Source: an uncultured Acidobacteriota bacterium (GTDB lineage: Bacteria > Acidobacteriota > Terriglobia > Terriglobales > Acidobacteriaceae). From it: a DNA stretch of 64,000 bases. The translations under genes were made by a program, and so were the position numbers. Position 1 is the stretch's first letter. Every line of letters begins with the position of its first letter. The stretch spans positions 43,320 through 107,319 of the forward strand of contig CAWCWX010000004.1 in the NCBI GenBank assembly GCA_963799305.1, given 5' to 3'. Positions 44,954-53,556 of the stretch are shown piece by piece. A model generated the notes under the pieces. That model had not been told where the DNA came from, ran no database searches, and was given only the letters and a program-made list of their open reading frames with translations.

Positions 44954-46546
44954 TCAGCGCGGGATGTACCGGTTAAGCTGCGGAATGATTTGGTTCCCCA
45001 GGCTCAGGAGGCGGGCTTGCGCGGCCTCGGGGGATTCCTGGTTGTACATCGGTGTGATGAGGCGAACCAGGGCGCCGTCGCTCCGGTTCATGCGAATGGA
45101 ATCGGTGACCAGGTAATACTTCGCACGGTATTCGCTCGCAACCGCCCGGTTGTGTGCCTGAAACCAGTAGATGACCAGTTCGCGCTCGCCGGCTTTCGAC
45201 GTGATGTAGCGGTTCGCAGGGAACGTGGAGCCGTCGGGACGCGAGAGTTGCACCACCTTGCGCTGGATCGGGACCCACCCCTCTCCCTGCAAACAGTGGT
45301 TTGGTGTGTGAATGGTGTCGCCGGCCTTCTGGCTGGGAAAATAAGCGATCAAAAGGTCGATCCAGGGTTGCGGCTGCGTGGGGTCTTCATAGCTTCGGTG
45401 CAGGAATTCGCCGGATCCCAGGATGTCGAGTGTTTGCTGATCGATAATCAGATCCTCCCCGACCCACGGGCCTAACTGATTGGGCAGGGAACTCAATGCC
45501 TCGCGCGGAGGGAATACTTCGTTGTTGGAGCGCGCCTGCATCAGGAGTGCGGTCCCGCCCATTAGTAAGGCAACGATTGCGAAACGAAGGCCTGCGGCTC
45601 GACGACGTCCAGTGATTGCCGTGTCAATTCTTTCCCGTTGCGGACGAACCACACTCACTTCGTGCCCGCCTTTTCCCCAGACACGAAAGATCAAGCCGTG
45701 CAACAGGAAAAGCATGATGAGCGAAACGACGAAAATGAGCCATCCTTCGAAAAGATGGAAGAAGCCTTCGGCTTTGTCCGGATTCCAGTACTGCACCAGC
45801 AAGCCGGTTCCAACAATGCGAAAGCTGTTTGCGACCACCGCGATAGGGATCGAGGCGATCGCCAGCAGCACCCGGACCCAGTTGCGGTCCTCCATCAGAT
45901 AGCCGTAGATGATGGAGAGCGTCAACAGGGAAAGGAGGGAACGAATCCCACTGCATGCCGCGACGACTTCCAGTTTCATCGCAGCCAGTTCGATTACATT
46001 CCCCTCGCGATGAACCACTACGCCTAACATCGGGAGTAATGTGCTGGCTAACTTGGAGGCCAATATCTGGAGCGGGAAAGTAACTTTCTGAAACACGATC
46101 ACCGGGATGGGGATCATCAAAATCAGGATGGCCCATGGGAATAAGACAGCGCGGAACAAAGCCCAGCCATGGAATAGAACGATCAGTCCCGCCAGCAGGA
46201 TCAAAAGAGAAACTCTGGAAAGGAACAACTCAGCGCCAAATTCCCCAAGCATGAGAGTGGCTAGTCCAACGACCATTAAGAACAGACCAGTCCAGGAGGG
46301 CGCCGGCTCAATGCTTTTCAGCTTATTCCGATTCTTCCAGACCACAAACAGGGCAAAGGCGGGGACGAATATTCCATGCTGGAAGTTCTTGTCGTTCATC
46401 CATTGGGTGAACAAACGGGCGAGAATGCCAGCATAAAGCAAGCTCAGCAGTAGTAGAAGCGCCACAGCCTGCCAGCTCGGCAGGGCCGAGGATACCCCCC
46501 TCTGCGTCCTAACCTCCGGCGGGGCTACTTCTACTGAATTACTCAT
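44954..46546 (-). CDS. Exosortase fused to a C-terminal EpsI-family domain
   Basis: 530-aa ORF. The exosortase motifs are VVAACSGIRSLLSL (Cys), NSFRIVGTG (Arg) and FHLFEGWLIF (His). After an extra TM comes an EpsI-like periplasmic domain (LPNQLGPWVGEDL...HTPNHCLQGEGW...ELVIYWFQ...YYLVTDSIRMNRSDGALVRL). Confidence 0.9.
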   Translation of the reverse strand: MSNSVEVAPPEVRTQRGVSSALPSWQAVALLLLLSLLYAGILARLFTQWMNDKNFQHGIFVPAFALFVVWKNRNKLKSIEPAPSWTGLFLMVVGLATLMLGEFGAELFLSRVSLLILLAGLIVLFHGWALFRAVLFPWAILILMIPIPVIVFQKVTFPLQILASKLASTLLPMLGVVVHREGNVIELAAMKLEVVAACSGIRSLLSLLTLSIIYGYLMEDRNWVRVLLAIASIPIAVVANSFRIVGTGLLVQYWNPDKAEGFFHLFEGWLIFVVSLIMLFLLHGLIFRVWGKGGHEVSVVRPQRERIDTAITGRRRAAGLRFAIVALLMGGTALLMQARSNNEVFPPREALSSLPNQLGPWVGEDLIIDQQTLDILGSGEFLHRSYEDPTQPQPWIDLLIAYFPSQKAGDTIHTPNHCLQGEGWVPIQRKVVQLSRPDGSTFPANRYITSKAGERELVIYWFQAHNRAVASEYRAKYYLVTDSIRMNRSDGALVRLITPMYNQESPEAAQARLLSLGNQIIPQLNRYIPR

Positions 46547-46815
46547 GCGCTGTGAGTTGAGAATATGCGAAACGTCGTTAGCTGCGCAATCTTGGAATCG
46601 CTGATCGCACCCAAGTAGCGGACTTCTTTTCCAGCGAGACTAAGCGGTCGGGTGGGCGGGGCAGGCGCAGGGGAAAAAGAGAGAAAAGTAGTTCCAACTT
46701 GGGCCCCAAATCAGCCGCATCCCTGGTGGAACCTCGAAAGGGGTAATGATTCCAGCAGCTTAGAATTCGCACGCCAAAACCTGACGCGGAAATCTACCGC
46801 GTGCTTTGGGTAAAA

Positions 46816-46833
46816 TGGGAAAAACATTTCCCA
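46816..46833. promoter_or_regulatory. Palindrome TGGGAAA-aaca-TTTCCCA (UAS/operator candidate)
   Basis: 7-bp perfect arms in the ~480-nt divergent intergenic region, about 115-130 nt upstream of the -24/-12-like element at 46948. Confidence 0.25.
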
Positions 46834-46947
46834 TTTGTCCGCAGCGATGGTAGGGTTGAGAACACATGAACCGAGGGTTTCTGATCGCAAACTATTGAAA
46901 AGCAAAGCACTATTCGTTTTCTGGAATGTTAGTGGAACGGTCTTGGA

Positions 46948-46963
46948 TGGCAGCAGGTGTGCA
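46948..46963 (+). promoter_or_regulatory. Sigma-54-type (-24/-12) promoter candidate TGGCAGCAGGTGTGCA
   Basis: The same TGGCA-N7-TGCA architecture as 40632. It sits 63 nt upstream of ATG 47026, the first gene of the plus-strand EPS operon. Confidence 0.3.
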
Positions 46964-47025
46964 CTGAATCGAGATGCGATCTACTCCGAGTGAGCTACCC
47001 CCCTGTCCTCGGAAAAGAACCAGCA

Positions 47026-47949
47026 ATGGACATCTTGGGTTCAAACATGCCAGCCGGTGTTGGGGCGCTGCACAATGGCGCATGCCAATGGCGCGAGAGT
47101 GTCAGTTCCGGGATGCGCACGGTCGAAGCTGTGATCCGTGAACTCTCGCAGAATGACGTTCCCGTGCTGGTTGTGGCCGAATCCGGATCGGGGAAGAAAG
47201 CCGCGTCAGCGCGCATTCACGCCCTATCCAACCGGGCGGCGGAACCGTTTCACGTCTGTCACGGAAACGAAGCGACACAGGATATTCTGGCCAATTGGGA
47301 AGCCGACGGCGGAACGGTTTATTTGCAGGACGTTGGGGATCTGGATGCGTCGGCGCAGGCCGAATTGGTGCGCCAAATCGCTTTTCGTGGTGAAGAATCG
47401 CAGCGCGTGCCCCGGTTCATCTGCGGCACATCGCGCGAATTGGAAGCGGAAGTAAAGGCGGGGAAATTCCGCGAAGATCTTTACTATCGCATCAGCGGCG
47501 TTTGTCTGCGACTGCCCCCCTTGCGGCAGCGGAAAGAGGATATCCCCCTTCTGCTGGACTGGTTCCTCTCCGAAGCGGCGCTCGATTTCTCCCGCGACGT
47601 GCCGACGCTGGGCGCGGAGACGCAGAGTTTCTTTTTCGGTTACCACTGGCCGGGCAACATTCGCGAGTTGAAAGACGCGGCGCGGGCGATTGTGGCCCTG
47701 GGCGACGAAACACTGGCGATGGGAGGCTTGCGGTCTCTGCTGCGGCGCGTGGATCGCAACAATGGAGAAAAAGTCTCGCTCAAAGAGGCGGCCAAGGCGG
47801 CGTCCCGGGAAGCGGAAAAAGAATTGATCCTTCAGGTTCTGACGCGGACGCGCTGGAACCGGCGCCGGGCGGCGCAGGAGTTGCAAATCAGTTACAAGGC
47901 CCTGCTCTACAAATTGAAACAGATTGGGTATCAGGAGTTCGGCACTTAG
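47026..47949 (+). CDS. Enhancer-binding-protein-like AAA+/Fis-HTH transcriptional regulator (no receiver domain, degenerate AAA+ core)
   Basis: ATG 47026 lies within ORF 46957..47949. Walker A-like AESGSGKK; GGTVYLQDVGDL where the Walker B motif would be; then KFREDLYYRI, LPPLRQRKEDIP and WPGNIRELKD; C-terminal HTH RWNRRRAAQELQISYKALLYKLK. Confidence 0.85.
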   Translation: MDILGSNMPAGVGALHNGACQWRESVSSGMRTVEAVIRELSQNDVPVLVVAESGSGKKAASARIHALSNRAAEPFHVCHGNEATQDILANWEADGGTVYLQDVGDLDASAQAELVRQIAFRGEESQRVPRFICGTSRELEAEVKAGKFREDLYYRISGVCLRLPPLRQRKEDIPLLLDWFLSEAALDFSRDVPTLGAETQSFFFGYHWPGNIRELKDAARAIVALGDETLAMGGLRSLLRRVDRNNGEKVSLKEAAKAASREAEKELILQVLTRTRWNRRRAAQELQISYKALLYKLKQIGYQEFGT

Positions 47950-47981
47950 CGAGCGATCGTGAAAGGGGTACAGGAGAAGAT

Positions 47982-48593
47982 ATGAAGCGAACCTGGAATG
48001 CAGCCATGGCGATTCTGCTGTTAGCCGGCGGATTGGCCCTGGCGCAGGATGCCGCGCCCGCGCCGACTGCGGCGGCGGAGGGAGCCTTGGGTGCCGCACT
48101 GGCACAAGGCGGCCCCGATTATGTCATCGGCCCGGAAGATGTATTGCACATCGCGGTATGGAAAGAGGCAGACCTCACCGCTACGCTGCCGGTGCGGCCG
48201 GACGGGAAGATCTCCCTGCCACTGATCAACGACGTACAGGCCGCCGGCCTGACTCCGATGCAGTTGGCTGATTCGCTTACCGAGAAGCTCAAAAAATATG
48301 TCGCCTCCCCGCGCGTCACCGTGGTCGTGACTGCGATCAACAGCAAGCGGATTTACCTGGTGGGAGAAGTGGGGCACGCCGGGCCGATTCCCATGCTGCC
48401 CAATATGACCGTTCTGCAGGCGCTTTCGAGCGCCGGCATGACCCAGTTTGCCAATACAAAAAAGATTTACCTGATGCGTTCCGAGGGTGGCAAGCAGGTG
48501 AAGATGCCCGTGAACTACAAGAAGCTCGTCAAGGGTGAACAGATGGAGCAGAACTATCTTCTGAAGCCAGGAGACACGATTGTTGTCCCGTAA
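47982..48593 (+). CDS. Periplasmic polysaccharide export protein (Wza/EpsA-like, PEP-CTERM-locus type)
   Basis: ATG 47982 (CAGGAG upstream). A signal peptide, then YVIGPEDVLHIAVWKE..L....PVRPDGKISLPLINDVQAAGLTP.QL and RIYLVGEV. Confidence 0.9.
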   Translation: MKRTWNAAMAILLLAGGLALAQDAAPAPTAAAEGALGAALAQGGPDYVIGPEDVLHIAVWKEADLTATLPVRPDGKISLPLINDVQAAGLTPMQLADSLTEKLKKYVASPRVTVVVTAINSKRIYLVGEVGHAGPIPMLPNMTVLQALSSAGMTQFANTKKIYLMRSEGGKQVKMPVNYKKLVKGEQMEQNYLLKPGDTIVVP

Positions 48594-48627
48594 CAGATCG
48601 TCAAAGCGGAGTCGACTTAGGGTGGAA

Positions 48628-50049
48628 ATGATGGCAACAAGACTGACATTCCGAGTGTTACTAGCAGTCTTGGGTCTCAGCCTGCTGGCGGCGGGGCAGA
48701 ACGATCCGAATTCGCAGCGCACCGGGCCAGCCCCTGCTCTCGGACAGTCGGCGCCCATCCTGAATCCCGACAATCCCCCGCTCTCGAGCCTCGATGAACC
48801 CGGTCTGGAGATGCGCAGTGGCGATCGCAGTTTCTTCTCTTATGGGTTGTCTGCCAGCGAGAGCGCCGAAAGCAACGCCAGTAACTCCTTTAGCAAAAAT
48901 GGATACAGCGCCGTTACTCATCTCTTGGGCGCACTTGACTTACAGCGTTTTTATCCCAAGACGGATCTCTTTCTCGAATACGTCGGAGGCGGAGCGATCT
49001 ACGCGAATTCCACGCGCGATTTTAGCCAGCTAGACGCTCTGGGAGTGATGGGGATCACCCGTTGGCGCACCGGACGTTTAACGCTGCGTGACTCATTCAG
49101 TTATCTGCCGGAGGGTTCTTTCAGCATTGGGGCTTTTGGCGGCGTGCCCGGTTTGGGTATCGCGACGGGGTCCGGGGCATCGGGCCTCGCGGGCGGCGGA
49201 TTGCCGGGTAGTCACTTTTTCGGTAATGGAGACTACGGTTCGGTCGGACTCACTCCAAGAATTTCTAACAGTGCGTTTGCAGATGTCGTACAAAGCCTTA
49301 CCCCCCGCTCCGCGGTCACCGTCGCGGTGGGCTTCGCCAACGCCCATTTCTTCGACGACACTGACACCTTTATCAACTCCGATAGAATCTCGATGCAAGC
49401 GGGCTATAGCTATCTTCTGGGCCGCCGCGATCAGCTGGGAGCGGTGTATGGCTTCCAGCAGTTTCGTTTTCCTCAGGATGCTGGTGGTCAAACTGACGCG
49501 CAGATCGGAAATTTTCGCTGGAGCCATACCGTCAGTGGAAGAATGACCTTGATTGGAGGAATCGGCCCGCAACGTATCGTAATCCAAATCCCGTTTTCGC
49601 CCGATATCGTGCGCTGGTCGGCGAACGGAAGGGCCGTTGTCCGCTACCGATTTACAAGAACTTCCGTGTCGGCCACGTACGAGAAATTTACTTCGGCGGG
49701 GTCCGGATTCTTTGCCGGAGCCAACACCCAGGTCGCGCGCCTGGGCGTGACCCGCCCCATAGCGCGCACCTGGGAAGCCTACCTCGATATCGGATACGCG
49801 CACAACGAACGTCTCCAGCCACAGGTCGCTACGGGAGAACCCGGGAAGACTTTCAACCACGGCTTTGCGCGGCTTCTGGTGCGTCATCATCTGGGGCGCG
49901 AGTTGTCGGCGTTCGGTGGTTATCGTTTTAACGACCTGAGTTTTGACAGTACTTTTTGCGACGGAGTTTCCAACTGCAGTCATATTTCGCAGGGGAACGC
50001 TTTTACAGTGGGACTGGAATGGCATCCGCGGCCAACCCGCATCGACTAA
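48628..50049 (+). CDS. Outer-membrane beta-barrel protein of the EPS locus
   Basis: ATG 48628 gives the signal peptide MMATRLTFRVLLAVLGLSLLAAGQ. Alternating beta-strand patterns run throughout. It sits between the export and chain-length genes, as in described PEP-CTERM loci. Confidence 0.6.
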   Translation: MMATRLTFRVLLAVLGLSLLAAGQNDPNSQRTGPAPALGQSAPILNPDNPPLSSLDEPGLEMRSGDRSFFSYGLSASESAESNASNSFSKNGYSAVTHLLGALDLQRFYPKTDLFLEYVGGGAIYANSTRDFSQLDALGVMGITRWRTGRLTLRDSFSYLPEGSFSIGAFGGVPGLGIATGSGASGLAGGGLPGSHFFGNGDYGSVGLTPRISNSAFADVVQSLTPRSAVTVAVGFANAHFFDDTDTFINSDRISMQAGYSYLLGRRDQLGAVYGFQQFRFPQDAGGQTDAQIGNFRWSHTVSGRMTLIGGIGPQRIVIQIPFSPDIVRWSANGRAVVRYRFTRTSVSATYEKFTSAGSGFFAGANTQVARLGVTRPIARTWEAYLDIGYAHNERLQPQVATGEPGKTFNHGFARLLVRHHLGRELSAFGGYRFNDLSFDSTFCDGVSNCSHISQGNAFTVGLEWHPRPTRID

Positions 50050-50089
50050 ACACGGGGCCGCCTGAAGCGGCCAGAATGGTGAACAGCAC

Positions 50090-51673
50090 ATGGAAAATCG
50101 CGAACTGACAATGGACGATTATCTGGCGATGGTAAAGCGTCGTCTGAAGGTCATTCTGATTCCGGCGTTACTGGCTCCGATTGCCGGCTTTCTGGTGTCC
50201 TACGCCTTTCCCCCGAAGTATTCTTCGCAGTCCCTGGTATTGGTGGAAGGGCAGAAAGTTCCTGACGCCTATGTAACGCCTGTCATCACCTCGGATTTTA
50301 CGCAGCGTCTGGCGACCATGCAGCAACAGGTGCTGGCCGGTAATCGTCTGCGCCCGATGATCGAGCGCTTGGGAATCGCCAAGCCCGGTGAGGAAGGTGC
50401 GATCATCCAGGAGATTCGCACGAATATGTCGGTGCAGCCAGTCATCACTGACCTTTCAGCTTCTAGTTCCGCGCCCGCGTCCTCGTCATCCGGCAAAAAG
50501 GGCAAATCCAAGAAGGCGACAGGCACCTCGGTGCCCGGTTTCTACGTGAAGTACATTTCCAGTACACCCCGCCGAGCGCAGCAGATCTGCTCCGAGCTGA
50601 CAGGATTGCTGGTCGAGGAAAATCTTCGCACCCGCGCCGGTGTGGCTCAGGGCACGACCGACTTTCTGGGCCGCCAGGTGGACGACGCCAAGCGCGACCT
50701 GGACGATCAGGACGGCAAGCTGGCCGATTTCAAACGCAAATACATGGGACAGCTGCCGGGCGATTCCGAAAATAACCTGCGCATCTTGATGACCGCAAAC
50801 TCGCAGCTCGATGCCAACACCCAGACTCTGAATCGAGCCCAGCAGGACAAAGCGTATACCGAAAGCCTGCTGGCCCAGCAATTGGCGGCATGGAAGAGCC
50901 AGGGGTCCAGCAACAGTCCGCAGACCATGGAGCAGCAGCTCAACACCCTGGAAGCACAGTTGATGCAACTCCAGGCGCGGTATACAGATGATCATCCGGA
51001 CGTTATCAAGACCAAAGCGGATATCGCCGAAGTAAAGAAAAGACTCGCCGAGGCCAACCAGGCCGCCAGCTCCGCCACCGCCACCACCCAAAAAGCGAGC
51101 GCGTCCGAACCGCCAGAGATCCGTCAACTCCGTCTCCAGGTACATCAGTACGAAAACGTAATTACGCAGGCCACCGCCGATCAGAAGCGGCTGCAAAGCC
51201 AGATCCAGCTCTATGAGTCGCGTACCGCGATGAGTCCGGCCATCGAAGAACAATACAAGGCTTTGACCCGTGACTACGACAACGCACAGAGTCACTACCG
51301 CGACTTACTCACCAAGAAAAATTCCTCCGAGCTGGCGTCCGACATGGAAAGTCAGCAGGAGGGCGAACTGATGCACGTTCTCGATCCAGCTGGCTTGCCT
51401 TCCGATCCGACCTTTCCCAATCGCCTGTATTTCGCGGGCGGTGGTCTGGGTGCGGGTCTTGCGCTGGGAATCGGCGTCGCCATCTGGCTGGAACTCCGCG
51501 ACCGCTCGATCCGCACTGAAAAAGACGCGGCCGCGGCCATGGATCTTCCTCTGCTGGTGTCCGTCCCCTGGGTATCCGATGAAGATCCGGTCTCGCTCAC
51601 CGGCAATGGCCGGCGACCTTTCTGGGGACCTCGAAACGGCAAGGAACACGACCGGCAGGAGATCGGGGTCTGA
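50090..51673 (+). CDS. Polysaccharide chain-length determinant (Wzz/PCP family, PEP-CTERM-locus type)
   Basis: 527-aa ORF with an N-terminal Wzz motif (LIPALLAPIAGFLVSYAFPPKYSSQSLVLVE), a long coiled-coil middle and a C-terminal TM (YFAGGGLGAGLALGIGVAIWLEL). Confidence 0.85.
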   Translation: MENRELTMDDYLAMVKRRLKVILIPALLAPIAGFLVSYAFPPKYSSQSLVLVEGQKVPDAYVTPVITSDFTQRLATMQQQVLAGNRLRPMIERLGIAKPGEEGAIIQEIRTNMSVQPVITDLSASSSAPASSSSGKKGKSKKATGTSVPGFYVKYISSTPRRAQQICSELTGLLVEENLRTRAGVAQGTTDFLGRQVDDAKRDLDDQDGKLADFKRKYMGQLPGDSENNLRILMTANSQLDANTQTLNRAQQDKAYTESLLAQQLAAWKSQGSSNSPQTMEQQLNTLEAQLMQLQARYTDDHPDVIKTKADIAEVKKRLAEANQAASSATATTQKASASEPPEIRQLRLQVHQYENVITQATADQKRLQSQIQLYESRTAMSPAIEEQYKALTRDYDNAQSHYRDLLTKKNSSELASDMESQQEGELMHVLDPAGLPSDPTFPNRLYFAGGGLGAGLALGIGVAIWLELRDRSIRTEKDAAAAMDLPLLVSVPWVSDEDPVSLTGNGRRPFWGPRNGKEHDRQEIGV

Positions 51674-51682
51674 GGCAAAAAT

Positions 51683-52642
51683 ATGTATAAAGAGTTTTTT
51701 GGACTTCGGGCCAACCCGTTCAACGTAAATCCGGACCCGCGTTATCTGTATCTGACGCGGCACACGGAAGAGGCCCTGGCATGCCTGACGTATGGCATCC
51801 AGAGCCGCAAGGGTTTTGTACTGCTGACGGGCGAGGTCGGTACGGGTAAGACGACGCTGATCAACAAACTGCTGGAATGGTTGCGTCTCCAGCAGGTGGC
51901 AACCGCGTTCATCTTCAACTCGCGTTTAGACGTGCCGCAGTTTCTCGACTTCATGATGGCGGATTTTGCTATTCCATGCGACGCGAAGTCGAAGAGCCAG
52001 GTGCTGCAACGACTCTACAACTGGCTGCTTGATCGCTACCGGGCGGGCGAGACGGCGGTGCTGATCATTGACGAGTCGCAGAACCTCTCGGACGAAGTGC
52101 TGGAAGAGATCCGGATGCTGACCAATCTGGAGACTTTTACCGAGAAGCTGCTGCAAATCGTGCTGGTCGGACAACCGGAACTGGAACAACGCCTGAAGCA
52201 GCCACAGTTGCGGCAGTTGCGGCAACGCTTGACGCTGCGGGCGAAAACGCATCCGTTCAACCTTGAGGAGACCAAGTCCTACATTACGCAGCGACTGAGA
52301 ATCGCCGGCTCGAATGGTGATGTGATTTTCGAGCCCGACGCCGTGGCGGCGCTCTTTCGCTACTCCAGCGGAGTACCGCGCGTGATCAACCTGTTATGCG
52401 AGCACTGTTTGGTCAGCGCGTTTGTGGATCAGAAGAAAACGGTTTCGGCCGAGATTGTGGATGCGGTCGCCAAGGACTTCGATTTAGGCGATGGGTTAGT
52501 CGGCGCAGTCATGACGACCCCTGAGGTTCCACCCGCGTCTCCCGAAAAGTTTGATCTGTTAGAAGCTCTTCGCACGCTATCTACCCTGGCGGATAAGATC
52601 CGTCAATCCGAACAAGATCTCCCCAAAGAGAGGAAACTATGA
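51683..52642 (+). CDS. ExeA-like AAA ATPase of the EPS locus
   Basis: MYKEFFGLRANPFNVNPDPRYLY, Walker A GEVGTGKTT and Walker B VLIIDESQ. Confidence 0.85.
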   Translation: MYKEFFGLRANPFNVNPDPRYLYLTRHTEEALACLTYGIQSRKGFVLLTGEVGTGKTTLINKLLEWLRLQQVATAFIFNSRLDVPQFLDFMMADFAIPCDAKSKSQVLQRLYNWLLDRYRAGETAVLIIDESQNLSDEVLEEIRMLTNLETFTEKLLQIVLVGQPELEQRLKQPQLRQLRQRLTLRAKTHPFNLEETKSYITQRLRIAGSNGDVIFEPDAVAALFRYSSGVPRVINLLCEHCLVSAFVDQKKTVSAEIVDAVAKDFDLGDGLVGAVMTTPEVPPASPEKFDLLEALRTLSTLADKIRQSEQDLPKERKL

Positions 52643-53538
52643 GCCGCATCCATGACGCTTTAAAACGCGCCGAACAGGAACGAGCAACTTCCATGGGGGG
52701 ACATGTTGAGCCTGCCCTGGGCCAGCCGGAGCTGCAACCGGTAAGCATGCCCGAGCACGTCCAGACGCCAACCGCAGTGATGCCTTCCATGCCGGGGGCG
52801 GCCTTTAGCTATGAGGCCTTGCTGGCACAGTGTCCGCTTTCGAACTGGGCGCCGGACTCCCGCACGATGCTGTTCTTCCAGGACGACGAGAACAGGAAAG
52901 GCGCGGAGGAATTCCGCACCCTGCGTTCGCGCCTGTATCAGATTCGCGAGAAGCTGCCCTTGAAGCGGCTCATGGTGACGAGTGCGCTGCCCAAGGAGGG
53001 GAAGTCATTTGTGGCTGCCAATCTGGCCCAGGTGATTGTTCAGCAGCAAGGGCGCCGCGTCCTGCTGATCGACGCCGATCTGCGCAGCCCTGGCATGCAT
53101 CGTCATCTGGGCGCAAGTCAAACGCCGGGATTGTCGGACTACCTGCTCGGAGAAAGTGACGAGATGTCCGTCATGCAGCGCGGCCCGATGGAAAATCTGT
53201 TCTTCGTGCCTGCCGGCCGGCATGCTCCAGGCGCGCCCGAACTGCTCGCTAACGGTCGCTTGAAGCTTTTCCTCCAGCGCGTCGAACCGCTTTTCGACTG
53301 GATCATCATGGACACCCCGCCAGTCATTCCGGTCGCGGACTCCACGCTGCTGGCGAATTTTTGCGAAGGAGTGCTGATGGTAGTGCGATCCAATGCCACG
53401 CCCTCCGACCTGGCTCGCAAGGCTCGCGAGGAATTTCAGGACAAACTGCTGCTCGGAGTTGTACTCAACGGAATCCCCGCCGATCAGCTTCCGCAGTCCA
53501 GGTATTACTACGGCGAGGCAGTAGCAAACCCCGCATAA
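52639..53538 (+). CDS. BY-kinase-like tyrosine autokinase / chain-length ATPase
   Basis: ATGA overlap with the previous gene. The product has MSRIHDALKRAEQE, the P-loop LPKEGKS, Walker A' LLIDADLRSP, Walker B WIIMDTPP and a C-terminal Tyr cluster RYYYGE. Confidence 0.85.
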   Translation: MSRIHDALKRAEQERATSMGGHVEPALGQPELQPVSMPEHVQTPTAVMPSMPGAAFSYEALLAQCPLSNWAPDSRTMLFFQDDENRKGAEEFRTLRSRLYQIREKLPLKRLMVTSALPKEGKSFVAANLAQVIVQQQGRRVLLIDADLRSPGMHRHLGASQTPGLSDYLLGESDEMSVMQRGPMENLFFVPAGRHAPGAPELLANGRLKLFLQRVEPLFDWIIMDTPPVIPVADSTLLANFCEGVLMVVRSNATPSDLARKAREEFQDKLLLGVVLNGIPADQLPQSRYYYGEAVANPA

Positions 53539-53556
53539 AACGAACCGAGGGCATGG

